A DNA stretch of 64,000 bases, taken from positions 103,317 to 167,316 of the forward strand of contig JAUCBJ010003650.1 of assembly GCA_032718475.1 (NCBI GenBank). The letters are read 5' to 3'. The notes beneath the pieces are model-generated. The model was not told where the DNA came from and ran no database searches. It was given only the letters and a program-made list of their open reading frames with translations. This DNA comes from Nemertoderma westbladi. Its lineage: Eukaryota; Animalia; Xenacoelomorpha. The position numbers and the translations under genes were made by a program. Positions within the stretch are counted from its first letter, which is position 1. Every line of letters starts with the position of its first letter. Positions 38,501-53,500 of the stretch are shown piece after piece.

Positions 38501-41500
38501 TACCACGGTCCCCCAGCTAGCTACCACGGATCCCCAGCTAGCTACCACGGTTCCCGAACTTGCTACCACGGTCCCCAGCTAGCTACCGCGGTCCCCCAAC
38601 TAGCTACCGCGGTCCCCGAACTAGCTACCACGGTCCCCCATTTAGCTACCACGGTCTCCCAGCTAGCTACCACGGATCCCCAGCTAGCTACCACGGCCCT
38701 AGCTACCCCGGTCCCGAAACTAGCTACAACGGTCCCCCGGCTAGCTACCACGGTCCCCCAGCTAGCTACCACGGTCCCCCAGTTAGCTAACACGGATCCC
38801 CAGCTAGCTACCACGGCCCTAGCTACCACGATCCCCCAGCTAGCTACCACGGTCCATCAGCTAGCTACCCCAGGCCCAGAGCTATAGTTATCACGGTCCC
38901 CCAGCTAGCTACCACGTTCCCCCAGCTATCTACCACGGTCCCCGAACTAGCTACCACTGACACCGGTCTAGCTGTCTAAAATTGTGCGAAAAGTATTACA
39001 TTTTGCGCCCCAAATAGGTTAATCCAAACTGTAACAACCACAAATCCGCAAATCGATTAAAAATGGACAAAATTTATTATACTCCTACAGTTTGCCTTAG
39101 TTCCCACTGGTGTATCCCCGTTGATTGGCCGTTGCTATGCAACGGACAGGGACTTACCTGCACTCTATTTATAGGTCCCTGAAATATTTCCCGAAAATAT
39201 AATCATAATATGTTTAACAGGAATTAATAAAAATGAACAAAATTATAGTTATGCCGGAGTGTTAGTGTTAGTGTTAATGAACCCCATTCTGACTGTGTCA
39301 GCAGTATTTCCACCCAGGTTGTACATAATTGCATTAAACCCAAATCAGGGTTGCCCTTGTCACTCTTTTTCAGTTTAAATTGCCCCTTTATATTTAGAGA
39401 TGTCAGGAAATGGAATGACGAGCGAAGCGAGCAAAACTTTTCTTACACATTTTCTCGGTCGAGGAATTGCTTAGGTATTAAATTAATCGGTTGGATTGCT
39501 TAGGTATTAAATTAATCGGTTGGATTGTTTAGGTATTGAAAGTTAATTTTAATTATTAATATAATAAATACATTTTATAAAAGTATTTATAGATAAGTTT
39601 TCATACGAAGAATAGCAGACATGTGTGGGGCCTTCGCGCAGGAAGAAACGTAATCTTTAAGCGTATCATACGGGTTCCACTAATTCAAACGGTGGCTAAT
39701 ATAGTCACCCTCTAGCGGGGGACTGGAAAACTGCTAAATCTTCCACGCAAATCATATGTCAGACTTTTGATAAACTATACATGCTGTATCAAGTGTGGTG
39801 AAATGTCATCAAAAATTGACAAGAGTCGTGATTCAAACATTAGGCGACAGACAGACAGTGAGATTGACAGACCGACAGACAATGGTTGAAACAGAGGAAT
39901 CCTAACAATATGCCAAGCTCGCTTATTTAGTGGCTCGCCCCACATTAAATAATTGGTTTAAAACATGGATTACACGGGTAACTATGGTAACTAACCTTCT
40001 TTTTGCTATTTATGTGCCGCAATTCATCCGACAATGTCGGCATACACTCCTGTAGAATCCAACGATGTCCAACCGTTGCCATGGTCACCAAGGAGGTGCA
40101 CAACAGTAAACAAAACCAAAACAGCGGGTCTCGGTACACTCTGTCATGGACACCGTAAAAACTACAAAAAATTTTAATTAATTACAATTATATTAAATTA
40201 ATTGTAATTAACGTTGATGTTTTTCAGCAAGAATGATTAATAAAACAATAAAAAGTCTATATATACGGATAAAAAGAGATTCTAAAAGAGATTCTATTAT
40301 TAAGATCGGCTTGGTCAATAGAAGATAAATGCATTCGAGTATGTTTAATAAGAGAGATTTGATAATGCTATATCAAGCGACCCTATTGGGGCTCGAACTC
40401 GGTACCTGGGTTTCTAACTTCCGGCTAGAAAGTTTGACTAGAAAAGGCCAAAATATGATATCCCACTCCATGGCGAAAAAAATTATTCACCCGTCCTGGT
40501 AGCTCAGTCGTCTTAGGACACCGATGATGATAACCAAAATTTTGAAACCTAGGTACCGGGTTCGAGCCCCAATAGGGTCGGTTGATATTTTTAGCTATGG
40601 AGATCATTACCATATTGTTCTATTACTTACATTATATATTTAATTCACCGTCACTCACCCCACAACAATTCATTTATTATTATTAAAAGAGAGATTTGGT
40701 CGTATGCGACCCAACATACGCACTTACGTTAAATATGTCGGCAACACGTTGAATAACTTTGTTGAGAAGAGAATAGCTTGGACGAGGAAGTAGAGAATAA
40801 TGGAACCCCATATAAACACATGGCTAATCCATGTCCAATACTGGCTGTCCAACGCAATCTAGGGAATATCAGAAATCAGCTATGGATTATATATTTTACG
40901 CCACAATCTGAATGCCACCCCAAATTAGATGATTTCACACCAAAGAAGTTATGTAGAACCAAATATATTTATTTGTAGCACCAAATTACTTCACCAAATT
41001 TTGAATATCCCTCTCACCAAAAACAATTATTCATCCCACAAAAACAATTCTTTCAGCACCAAATATTTTATAGAAAATTTATTTATAAATTCATTCATTA
41101 TTTATTTCCATAAATCAAACAAAATGTTTAATCATATTATACCGACGATAAATTCACCTTACAAATCGATTAAATTAAATTTAAATCATAATTATTGATA
41201 CTGCGCGATAAACTTTATTGAAATTAAAAATTACGGAATCTTTATATCATATTTTACCTCTCATTAGTAAATAAAGTTTTACTTTATTTCCTATGTAAAA
41301 AATAATAATTAATTATAAATCAAATAAACTAAAAAAAAGAACTAAATCCGCTTTTTTATGATATTTAATATATCATTAATAAATTATATCGAAAGATTTG
41401 TATAAAACTTCCACAACTTACCCTTAAGTTTACCACCACCACTAATATTGCAGCGATGTAAGTAGCGAGGCTGTCAGCGTCATTAGCGACGTAACCTTGG

Positions 41501-44500
41501 TAACTATGGGGGTAACTATGGAGACACAATGCACCGAACGGTATGAAGAATACAACGACAGAGGTAAACACACTCTGGAAAATAATGAGAATCATAGCTT
41601 CTATAAATGTTCGAGGGATCCGAGTTTGAGCTCTGAGTATAACGAAACTTTTTGTACATTACTTATGTCTGGAACTGAACTTTGAATTATTTATATAGGG
41701 ATAATGAACACGAGTGTTTAAACGGGATGAGACTATTCGGGATTTCAGGGATTGGGATTTCATTTTTTAGGTCCTCGTAGAAAGACCTCTAGTATTCACT
41801 CGGTTGTTGTTAATTTCCAGTCGGGTTTTGGTTTTATAAGGCTTCGTGGCGAAGTTGGTAGAGCGTGGGACTTGGAAGCTCTAGGTACCGAGAATCCCAG
41901 TTTCCGGTGAATGTTGTTGTTGTTGTAAGATTGGTAGTAAGCAATTCAAGGAGACAGTTCATGTGTAGACAAGGACCTTTGCGCGATTTCGGGCTTGTTT
42001 AATACAATTTTCGTAAACTTTTCAGTATATTTTTATTTGATGGTCTTACTGGTATGTAAAACGGGTTTTGAGCAACTTTATTTCACCCTGTTATATATTA
42101 TACCGCAATTAATGTGATTTACCTGAAGTATAACTAAGACGAAGACTTTCTTATTGAACCCCGAATATAATTGTCCAGGGACATAAAGTTTCGGATATTT
42201 CAGACAAATTTTATCATTAACATCCTAGAAAGGGAAGCAATTAACAATAATTAATTAATAATCGACTAATATGACTACTTGACAATTTCATTTATTCACC
42301 AGCCTTTAAACGTCATTACAATTTTAATTTTGCGTTTACTACGTTTAGTTTGTGGGAATAGATATGAATATCAATCGAAAATATTAATTTTATTAACCAT
42401 AGAAAAACATAAAACAATATTAACTATATCATAATCGATTTAAATAAAGTAGCACTGTATTTCACGACGGCTAGAGTGGGAATATTTCTGCGAACGAGCG
42501 TAGCGAGTGAGTGAAATAAAGTACTTTATTTAAATCAAATGTCGTATCATTTTCAAGTTTCGCGTTACGGTACCGGTAACGACCTGTGTAGCTTGTACTG
42601 TCTGCATCACTTACTGTGGGCCTATACCTCAGCGTGACCGTAGAAAAGGGTTATCATACTGAAAGAATACTGCTACTTTATTTCACGACGTGATAGATAG
42701 CACCCCATTGCCCATCATTTACTTTATTTCACGGCGTATTTCACGCCGACTCGAAACTAAAAATTGTAACTGCAAACTGGAACCGGAGGTCTACTGTATT
42801 GTATACTTACTGTGAGCTAGCCAGTTAATTTATCTCTTCCCAATAATACTGTGTACAAAAAAGTTAATAACATATTAATACAGGTTTTTTTTACAATAAT
42901 AAGAACTTCTTTATAAAACTTACCTGATCCAAAACGCCCAGACCAAGAACAGGTAGACCAGTATATAGAAAATTATAAACCATAATAAATATTGGATCAT
43001 AGACTGTCTGGGCTGAAAAGCCACAGTAGAACGCGTAACTGGAAAACAAACATAAAATAATAAGAAAGAAATTAAATTGAGAAACTATACCAGTAATTTA
43101 AGTAATTATAATTTAATTATAATGTAATCTTTTCACCGCTCCTAATAAGCGCGTTTTAACACGCGATAAAATTCATCTTTTAATTTTAACGCGCGATAAA
43201 AAACAGCAGTGATTGATTTATTATACACACGCGTACACACAATTTTTACAATTCATTCAAGGGACTACACGCGACATAATAATACCATCCACGGGAAACC
43301 TACAATTAAGATAGTGTTACAAGAAAGGACATTTGAAACAACTTTAATAGATACTAACGCCATAATACTACTTAGTTTCGGTTAGCTTGTGGCAGTAACC
43401 TATGGAGAACCGCTCACGTATAGTGGCGATCACTGGTCCACTGTAAGGAGAACGGTTGGAATCTGTGCAGGTCCATCCTGTCTAACTGCCTGGGGAGACA
43501 TGAATTCTGACCAATCAAATCTCGCGTATTTTAATTCACTATAGATTTATATCGCGTGTAATATCGCTAGGCCAGGGATTACGCACAAAGACTGACTGAC
43601 TACTTTATTTCCAGCGCGGTTCCCCCAGAACTATATACTCCCAAGAGAAACTCAAGTACCCATTTAGCTACCACTTAAAGATGCAATGCAGAGATGCGAC
43701 GCCCTGGCTGGTCCCTTTAAAGCATTCGTGCCGAAACGAAAACTGCCCTGGCCCATGTGAGGATCGAACCCACGACCTACGGGAGATGTGAATTCAATGC
43801 AACCACTACACCAAGGTGGAACCTCGGTCTCCAGTACAGAGACAAAGTTTAAGATAAATTACAGTTTTATATAATGTACCATAAACACTAGTTTCCAATA
43901 AAAAGGGGGATGGATACCCAGTACGTCAAATATAGAAAAAAAATACTCACAAAAAATGCACCAATGAAAAGGAGAAGTTCTTGTAGAAGAAATATCTGAG
44001 GAATTTGCACATGCGAAAGTAGGACCATCGCCCGTGAACCAATAGGAGGCGTTCTAAGTAGTGGAACTGGGCGAAGGAATAATCAGAAGATAGAACAGCT
44101 TGCATACCTTCTTGGCCAGATATACCGACGCCAATATGAGCGGCTGCGAGGAGAAATAAGTTAGAGTTGAACTAAATTGTTTGTCTTATTGGAACTAAAA
44201 AATACAATCATCTCAATAAATGTAAAAACATTCAAATAAATTACCACAATACTCACTTTTAATCATACTGACGTCATTAGCACCATCACCAATAGCCAAT
44301 GTGACACTCCCTTTATTTTCTTTCACCAAGGCAACCACCAACGCTTTCTGTAGTGGGGTAACCCGGCAACATATCACTGCTTTACAGCGGCAAGCTGTCT
44401 CCAATAGCAACATCTTAAGGTCGTCCTCCAAAGCAAAGGCTAAGGAACTGCCTGGAAATATTGATAACAATAACCGTGTTGAGTTTGTACGAAACTGAAA

Positions 44501-47500
44501 GTTTAACATGGGTCTGCTGTATCCATGGAAATAGCGAAAAGTGTGTAGAATAGTAGCAGGTGATAATTATTATTCCAAAATATTAATATTTTTATTAATA
44601 TTATAATATATATTATAAACATTTTTTCAAATTTAAAAAATTAGCTAACATTACAATACATCGCACACTGCTGATCACGATATATTTTTTAACTCAAAAA
44701 TGACATTGAAAAAAAATTCTGGTAATTTTGAATGTGCTCCCTGGGGTACGAAAATAACAAGTATTGCAAATATGATAATAAAAAATCACCACGAAATCAA
44801 ACTGATTTTATGACCATTTTGGGTTTTTGGAGATACTGATCACGAACAAAATAATAACACCGAAATATCGTACCGTATTGATTAGGGGATTCTAGGATAT
44901 GTGTCAATGTGTGGCACTAAAAATACAAGTTGCACAATAATTTGATTATCAAAATTCATTACGAAAGAAACCTGATTTTATGACATTCAGTGGTTTTCTG
45001 GGTTGCCGATCACGAATATGACACTCAAAAATATCGTGTTATCCAATCAAATTCAATTTTTGGCCTTTGAAATTTTAGGCTTTAGTTTGTATTTTTCGTT
45101 CCACCAGACAAACAAAAAAATGATGGTTGCATTAGCAGAAAAAACTGTAACATGTTTTATCGTGATCAGCGAACTTGAAAACTCTGATACCTTCAAAATT
45201 GTAATATTTCAGCCGAGATATAAAAAATTTCTAAAAAATGACCCCACACACCACCGCGGGTCAATTACATAGCAGAAATAGCCAGGTTAAATAGTCTGTG
45301 TAATTTAATGTGCCACAATATTAACTGCACACATGCCATTAGAATTGTATATTGTGAAGCCTACCACACACCGTGACACAATAAACAGTGCTAATGGGAT
45401 ACACTAACCAGGTAGCACGATGGCAAACTCTAACGATTTAGCGTCCTCATGAGGAGCCGGCAATATTTTAACACCGTCGGGACCTAAAGTTTGATCCAAA
45501 GTTCGTTTGGCTTCGTGTAAACTAGTGCTGACTTCCTATAAAGTATAAACAAGTACTGTCTTACTATAAAGTATAAACAAGTGCTGACTTACTATAAAGT
45601 ATAAACAAGTACTGACTTCCTATAAAGTATAAACAAGTACTGACTTACTATAAAGTATAAACAAGTACTGACTTACTATAAAGTATAAACAAGTACTGAC
45701 TTCCTATAAAGTATAAACAAGTACTGACTTACTATAAAGTATAAACAAGTACTGACTTACTATAAAGTATAAACAAGTACTGACTTACTATAAAGTATAA
45801 ACAAGTACTGACTTCCTATAAAGTATAAACAAGTGCTGACTTACTATAAAGTATAAACAAGTACTGACTTACTATAAAGTATAAACAAGTACTGGCTTAC
45901 TATAAAGTATAAACAAGTGCTGACTTACTATAAAGTATAAACAAGTACTGACTTACTATAAAGTATAAACAAGTACTGACTTACTATAAAGTATAAACAA
46001 GTGCTGACTTACTATAAAGTATAAACAAGTACTGACTTCCTATAAAGTATAAACAAGTACTGACTTACTATAAAGTATAAACAAGTACTGACTTACTATA
46101 AAGTATAAACAAGTACTGACTTCCTATAAAGTATAAACAAGTACTGACTTACTATAAAGTATAAACAAGTACTGACTTACTATAAAGTATAAACAAGTAC
46201 TGACTTACTATAAAGTATAAACAAGTACTGACTTACTATAAAGTATAAACAAGTACTGACTTACTATAAAGTATAAACAAGTGCTGACTTACTATAAAGT
46301 ATAAACAAGTGCTGACTTACTATAAAGTATAAACAAGTACTGACTTACTATAAAGTATAAACAAGTACTGGCTTACTATAAAGTATAAACAAGTGCTGAC
46401 TTACTATAAAGTATAAACAAGTACTGACTTACTATAAAGTATAAACAAGTGCTGACTTACTATAAAGTATAAACAAGTACTGACTTACTATAAAGTATAA
46501 ACAAGTACTGACTTACTATAAAGTATAAACAAGTACTGACTTACTATAAAGTATAAACAAGTGCTGACTTATTATAAAGTATAAACAAGTACTGACTTAC
46601 TATAAAGTATAAACAAGTACTGACTTACTATAAAGTATAAACAAGTACTGACTTACTATAAAGTATAAACAAGTACTGACTTACTATAAAGTATAAACAA
46701 GTACTGACTTACTATAAAGTATAAACAAGTACTGACTTCCTATAAAGTATAAACAAGTACTGACTTACTATAAAGTATAAACAAGTGCTGACTTACTATA
46801 AAGTATAAACAAGTACTGATTTACTATAAAGTATAAACAAGTACTGACTTACTATAAAGTATAAACAAGTACTGACTTACTATAAAGTATAAACAAGTAC
46901 TGACTTACTATAAAGTATAAACAAGTACTGACTTACTATAAAGTATAAACAAGTACTGGCTTACTATAAAGTATAAACAAGTACTGACTTACTATAAAGT
47001 ATAAACAAGTGCTGACTTACTATAAAGTATAAACAAGTACTGATTTACTATAAAGTATAAACAAGTACTGACTTACTATAAAGTATAAACAAGTACTGAC
47101 TTACTATAAAGTATAAACAAGTACTGACTTACTATAAAGTATAAACAAGTACTGACTTACTATAAAGTATAAACAAGTACTGACTTACTATAAAGTATAA
47201 ACAAGTACTGACTTCCTATAAAGTATAAACAAGTACTGACTTACTATAAAGTATAAACAAGTGCTGACTTACTATAAAGTATAAACAAGTACTGATTTAC
47301 TATAAAGTATAAACAAGTACTGACTTACTATAAAGTATAAACAAGTACTGACTTACTATAAAGTATAAACAAGTACTGACTTACTATAAAGTATAAACAA
47401 GTACTGACTTACTATAAAGTATAAACAAGTACTGACTTACTATAAAGTATAAACAAGTGCTGACTTACTATAAAGTATAAACAAGTACTGACTTACTATA

Positions 47501-50500
47501 AAGTATAAACAAGTACTGACTTACTATAAAGTATAAACAAGTACTGACTTACTATAAAGTATAAACAAGTACTGACTTACTATAAAGTATAAACAAGTAC
47601 TGACTTACTATAAAGTATAAACAAGTGCTGACTTACTATAAAGTATAAACAAGTACTGACTTACTATAAAGTATAAACAAGTACTGACTTACTATAAAGT
47701 ATAAACAAGTACTGACTTACTATAAAGTATAAACAAGTACTGACTTACTATAAAGTATAAACAAGTACTGACTTACTATAAAGTATAAACAAGTACTGAC
47801 TTCCTATAAAGTATAAACAAGTACTGACTTACTATAAAGTATAAACAAGTGCTGACTTACTATAAAGTATAAACAAGTACTGACTTTACTATAAAGTATA
47901 AACAAGTACTGACTTACTATAAAGTATAAACAAGTACTGACTTACTATAAAGTATAAACAAGTACTGACTTACTATAAAGTATAAACAAGTACTGACTTA
48001 CTATAAAGTATAAACAAGTACTGACTTACTATAAAGTATAAACAAGTACTGACTTACTATAAAGTATAAACAAGTACTAACTTACTATAAAGTATAAACA
48101 AGTACTGACTTACTATAAAGTATAAACAAGTACTGACTTCCTATAAAGTATAAACAAGTACTGACTTCCTATAAAGTATAAACAAGTACTGACTTCCTAT
48201 AAAGTATAAACAAGTACTGACTTACTATAAAGTATAAACAAGTGCTGACTTCCTATAAAGTATAAACAAGTACTGACTTACTATAAAGTATAAACAAGTA
48301 CTGACTTACTATAAAGTATAAACAAGTACTGACTTCCTATAAAGTATAAACAAGTACTGACTTACTATAAAGTATAAACAAGTACTGACTTACTATAAAG
48401 TATAAACAAGTACTGACTTACTATAAAGTATAAACAAGTACTGATTTACTATAAAGTATAAACAAGTACTGACTTACTATAAAGTATAAACAAGTACTGA
48501 CTTACTATAAAGTATAAACAAGTACTGACTTACTATAAAGTATAAACAAGTACTGACTTACTATAAAGTATAAACAAGTACTGACTTACTATAAAGTATA
48601 AACAAGTACTGACTTACTATAAAGTATAAACAAGTACTAACTTACTATAAAGTATAAACAAGTACTGACTTACTATAAAGTATAAACAAGTACTGACTTA
48701 CTATAAAGTATAAACAAGTACTGACTTACTATAAAGTATAAACAAGTACTGACTTACTATAAAGTATAAACAAGTACTGACTTACTATAAAGTATAAACA
48801 AGTACTGACTTACTATAAAGTATAAACAAGTACTGACTTACTATAAAGTATAAACAAGTACTGACTTACTATAAAGTATAAACAAGTACTGACTTACTAT
48901 AAAGTATAAACAAGTACTAACTTACTATAAAGTATAAACAAGTACTGACTTACTATAAAGTATAAACAAGTATACTGACTTCCTATAAAGTATAAACAAT
49001 TACTGACTTGCTATAAAGTATAAACAAATAATTACTCACTAATTACAGAATTACTCACTCTTAGAATGAAGGAGATTACGAAAGTTAAATATATTTAAAA
49101 TAAATACCTTTTTGGTAGACCCTGATACAATGAAGACCTCTTGCATGTCGTCGTGCAGTAGACAGCAGGAGTATCCGATGTTTATTGCTGTCTCCTGCTT
49201 GTCGCCGGTTAATATCCAGATCTTAATATTCGCCTAAAGAAAAATAATACGGAATATTAAAGGATGGGGAACCACTCATTCGAGGTATATATAGGGATGA
49301 TAGATGGACCGATTGGTAGATGGGTTGACTGAGTGGTACAAGGGTTGATGGAGTGGTACATGGGTTGACCGAGTGGTGCGTGGGTTGAGCGAGTGGTACA
49401 TGGGTTGACCGAGTGGTACATGGGTTGACCGAGTGGTTTATGGGTTGTCCAAGTGGTGCATGGGTTGACTGAGTGGTACATGGGTTGTCCGAGTAGTACA
49501 TGGGTTGATCGAGTGGTACATGGGTAGATAGAGTGGTACATGGGTTGACCAAGTGGTACAAGGGTTGACCGAGTGGTACATGGGTTGACCGAGTGGTACA
49601 TGGGTTGACAGAGTGGTACATGGGGTGACCGAGTGGTACATGGTTGAAAGGGTGGTACATGGGTTGACCGAGTGGTACATGGGGTTGACCGAGTGGTACA
49701 TGGTTTGACCGAGTGGTACATGGGTTGAAAGGGTGGTACATGGGTTGACCGAGTGGTACATGGGTTGACCGAGTGGTACATGGGATGACCGAGTGGTATA
49801 TGGGTTGACAGTGTGGCACATGGGTTGACCGATTGGTACATGGGTTGACCGAGTGGTACATGGGTTGACCGAGTGGTACATGGTTTGACCGAGAGGTACA
49901 TGGTTTGACCGAGTGGTACATGGGTTGACCGAGTGTTAAATGGGTTGACCGAGTGGTACATGGGTTGACTGAGTGGTACATGGGTTGACCGAGTGAAACA
50001 TTGGTTTGACAGAGTGGTACATGGGTTGACTGAGTGGTACATAGGTTGACCGAGTGGTATATGGGTTGACCGAGTGGTACAGTACATGGGTTGAACGAGT
50101 GGTACAGTACATGGGTTGACGGAGTGGTACATGGGTTGACCGAGTGGTACATGGGTTGACCGAGTGGTACATGGGTTGACAATCACACATTCACAACCAT
50201 TGGTTGAATCACTCAGTCACAGACTACATCCACCCCCGAAAGCTCTGCATTTCGTCCACTACAAATTTAACTCACATCTGCAAGATTAGCTATGGCTTCG
50301 GGCACGCGGTCCTGCAGTTTATCTTCTATGGCTGTGGCACCGATGAGCTCCAGGTCTGTCTCAATCAGCTGATAGACCTCGGACACTTGGGCGTCCCGGT
50401 CCACCAACGAGGTGCTCGCCGCGTGGTGTTTCTTACGCCATTCCGTAAACTCGTCAGCGCCAATATTCCGACGAGCCAACACAAGTGTACGGAGACCGCG

Positions 50501-53500
50501 AGATGCAAAATCCTAAAAAAAATTAATAGGAGGTTGATAGTGAAGTGATTATTGGTATATATACAATATATTGTACAGCTAAGAAGCTAATATGAATATT
50601 ATTCCTTAAATAAATGATAACAATAAAGATTAAAGTATTAAATGCTTATCTTATCTTATGTTAAACAAAATAATTGTAAGTTTATGATGTCCAACCTGTA
50701 AATGTTTGAGAGTTGTATCGTGAAGAACTTCGGATTTCTTTGACTTTTTCAGCCTTTCGAATATAACGTTATCCGCGCCTTTACAGTACAGCGTTATAAC
50801 GTTATCCTTGCGAACTATAACGCTCATTCGTTTGCGAACGTTATTGAAGTCGAGAATACACAGCAGCTCGTACGTGGCTTCTAGACCTCCTTCCATAATA
50901 GTTATATTGGAGGGGTTCCGAGACTGTAACGGAATGATCAGATATAAGAAAATCTTTAATAAGTCGTGTGGGGGGGGGGGGGGGGGGGGGTAATGGAATA
51001 CTTACTAAAATAAATTTATAAATATCCAACCATATACAATAAGTAATTTAAGTTTCTGACTATGTGCTATAAATTAATTTAAGTTAAATAAATAAATTCA
51101 TTATTATAATTAAAAATACTATAATTTCTAAGGAGTTTATACAGCTAGGTATTATTAAATGTTGAAGATGACAAAGTCAACCAAAAGCCTTTTTGAAGCG
51201 ACCAACCTTAAACACGTAACCGAAGTTCCTGGCTGCACTCACTAAGGCCCCCTCGTCTGGGCTCTGAGCCTGGTACAACAGTTCAGTATCCCGAACCTAT
51301 AAGAACCACAATGAGTTATTCGTATAGCGTGAACGAAAACCCACGTAACTACAACTCAAGGACATTAAGCTTTATACGCCCTCCAGCCTGCCAAGTCTTT
51401 ACGCGGCGTGATGACAGGTTTATTGTTTACTTTCATTCTGTGCACACACTATGGTAATTAACTAGACTAATTTCGCATTCGATTCGACTAAATTCGACAC
51501 TTTCTCTTCACACCATTTTTAAAACCCAAGAATTCCGTGACATACAAAATCGACTAAAACACCCAACAACTTACATCCGCCATGACAGTATGACATAAAG
51601 AAAGTAGTCTGAAGAAATCATTAGCTTCTTTAGAACCAGTTGCCATGGTATCCAATAAGGATTGATCGTAGAAATTAAAGCTGTCCTCGTACCATTCGGG
51701 ATTGAATTCACTAAAATCCACTGGTTTAGTCGACTAAAGAAAATAGACGTACAATAGAGTTAGTTAATAAAAGCTCTGGATAGTAGGGAGGCTGGGACAC
51801 CACCACAGAAAACACAAAAAGGAACCTAAAAATTGAGTTTTTCAAGATTCCAAAAATTGGAACAGCCCATTTGCGTAAAGTTGTTCAACATAAAGGGGTC
51901 AAGAAAAGGGTTGGATAGTGAGAGTATTCAACCTAGGGAGTTAAGTGTGACGCCCTCACTTACAGGTAACTTCCAAGAGAGGCTTTGTGTGTAAATGTGG
52001 TTTAGGTAGACAGAAAATATACTTTACTTTCTTATAATAATTATTATATATAATAAAATAAAATAAGTATTAATTAAGATTTCACACTCAATGTAACTCA
52101 CGAACCTCAGTGATGTCGCATGGTTGGCCGGCCTTGTCCAGCGGCAAGCCATAAACAACGCCATCTATCGAGCATAAGTTGAAAGTCATAATGTTTTGAG
52201 TTAGGGTTCCTGAAAACATAAAATAATTTATTTTAACAAAAATAGCTTTCATGGCATTTAAATTTCAACAACAACTGTCAACGTATTCTTGTTTTGAATG
52301 TCTGCCTCTTCCCAATATATCTATCACCTATTATTGATTCAATGTGAAGTAATGGATGCCCAAGAACAAATCACGTGTACACTTGTTTTTTTGGAGGAAT
52401 CCTGAGGCATCTATGCTCTAGACGGTACCATAAGTTGTTGGTCACCACGGAAATGGAGCATAAGATAAGGTAGATGCGGAATAAGTGTCGCTTGGATGAG
52501 TTGGTGAGGGTTCGCAAGTATAAATCCGTAAACACACGTATACCTGTTTTGTCACTGAACACGTATTCTATTTGGCCGAGTTCCTCGTTTAGTGTCGTGG
52601 TCCGTGCATGAGCTCCGGTCTCACTCACAGAGTAGAACATCTGTTTATCCCAATCGATAAGCCACGATTGTATCATTCGTATAATTTCCACGCTAAATAA
52701 ATAAATGTAGGTAAATAAATAAGCGTTTAAACTACCGAAATGTTAAGGAGCAGGTAGCTAGCAATTCTAACCAAAACAATAAACAAAGGTACAGGTTACA
52801 GTTTCATTTTTCTTCAAGGTTGTCTGTTGTGGATTATTGTCAGCTGTCCGCGTAGAATTTACAGCAAAGAGTAAATAACGTTGAGACTAAGTGTTGAATG
52901 TTGTTCTCTATTAAACTGTTTGTTAAACAATAGTGTTAAAAAGTTAACACTCGCTTCGCTCAAATTTGCTTTATTAAGTTATCATTTAGTGTAATAGTAT
53001 CCGCAATACTAATTAAATGCAATAATTAATTAGAAGTTTGTATACCTCCATCCCTGACGAAATGATATTGTTTCATAATAATCTTACCTAACATAAAGTG
53101 AAATCGGTACAACTGTGTTCATTAAAATAATATAACCCCAGAATATAAGAAAGGCGAGCATAGCGGAATTGTTGAACTCCTCGGGCCACGGAAGGTAAAT
53201 CTGGAAGTAGTAGCCGTAGTTGGACTCCCAGGCCCCAGCACAGATAGCCAGAACGAAACACATAATCACCAGAAGGAGGAAAATCTGGAACCAAAATAGT
53301 GAAAAAATAAAAATAACAAACCCAGAGATAGAAACCGGATAAAATGGAGAAAATAGGAAAAATATACACAAATAAAACAGAGATAAAATTATAAACGACA
53401 GGCAAAACAAAAAGAAAACCCGGAAAAAATAAATAATGGAAAATCAACAGAAGTGAAATTGAATTGAAAATACAATCCCGCTAAACAACAACCCTAACCT

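Noticed and set aside
36858-38850. VVASWGT repeat proteins
   Set aside because: These are open frames in an intronic 21-bp array, with no unique coding context.
40493-40585. Functional tRNA gene
   Set aside because: A and B boxes are present, but there is no coherent acceptor or anticodon stem, and it occurs as an inverted partial pair. SINE-like.
49223-50190. 300-aa repetitive ORFs in several frames
   Set aside because: A 20-bp minisatellite open in multiple frames inside an ATP8B intron.
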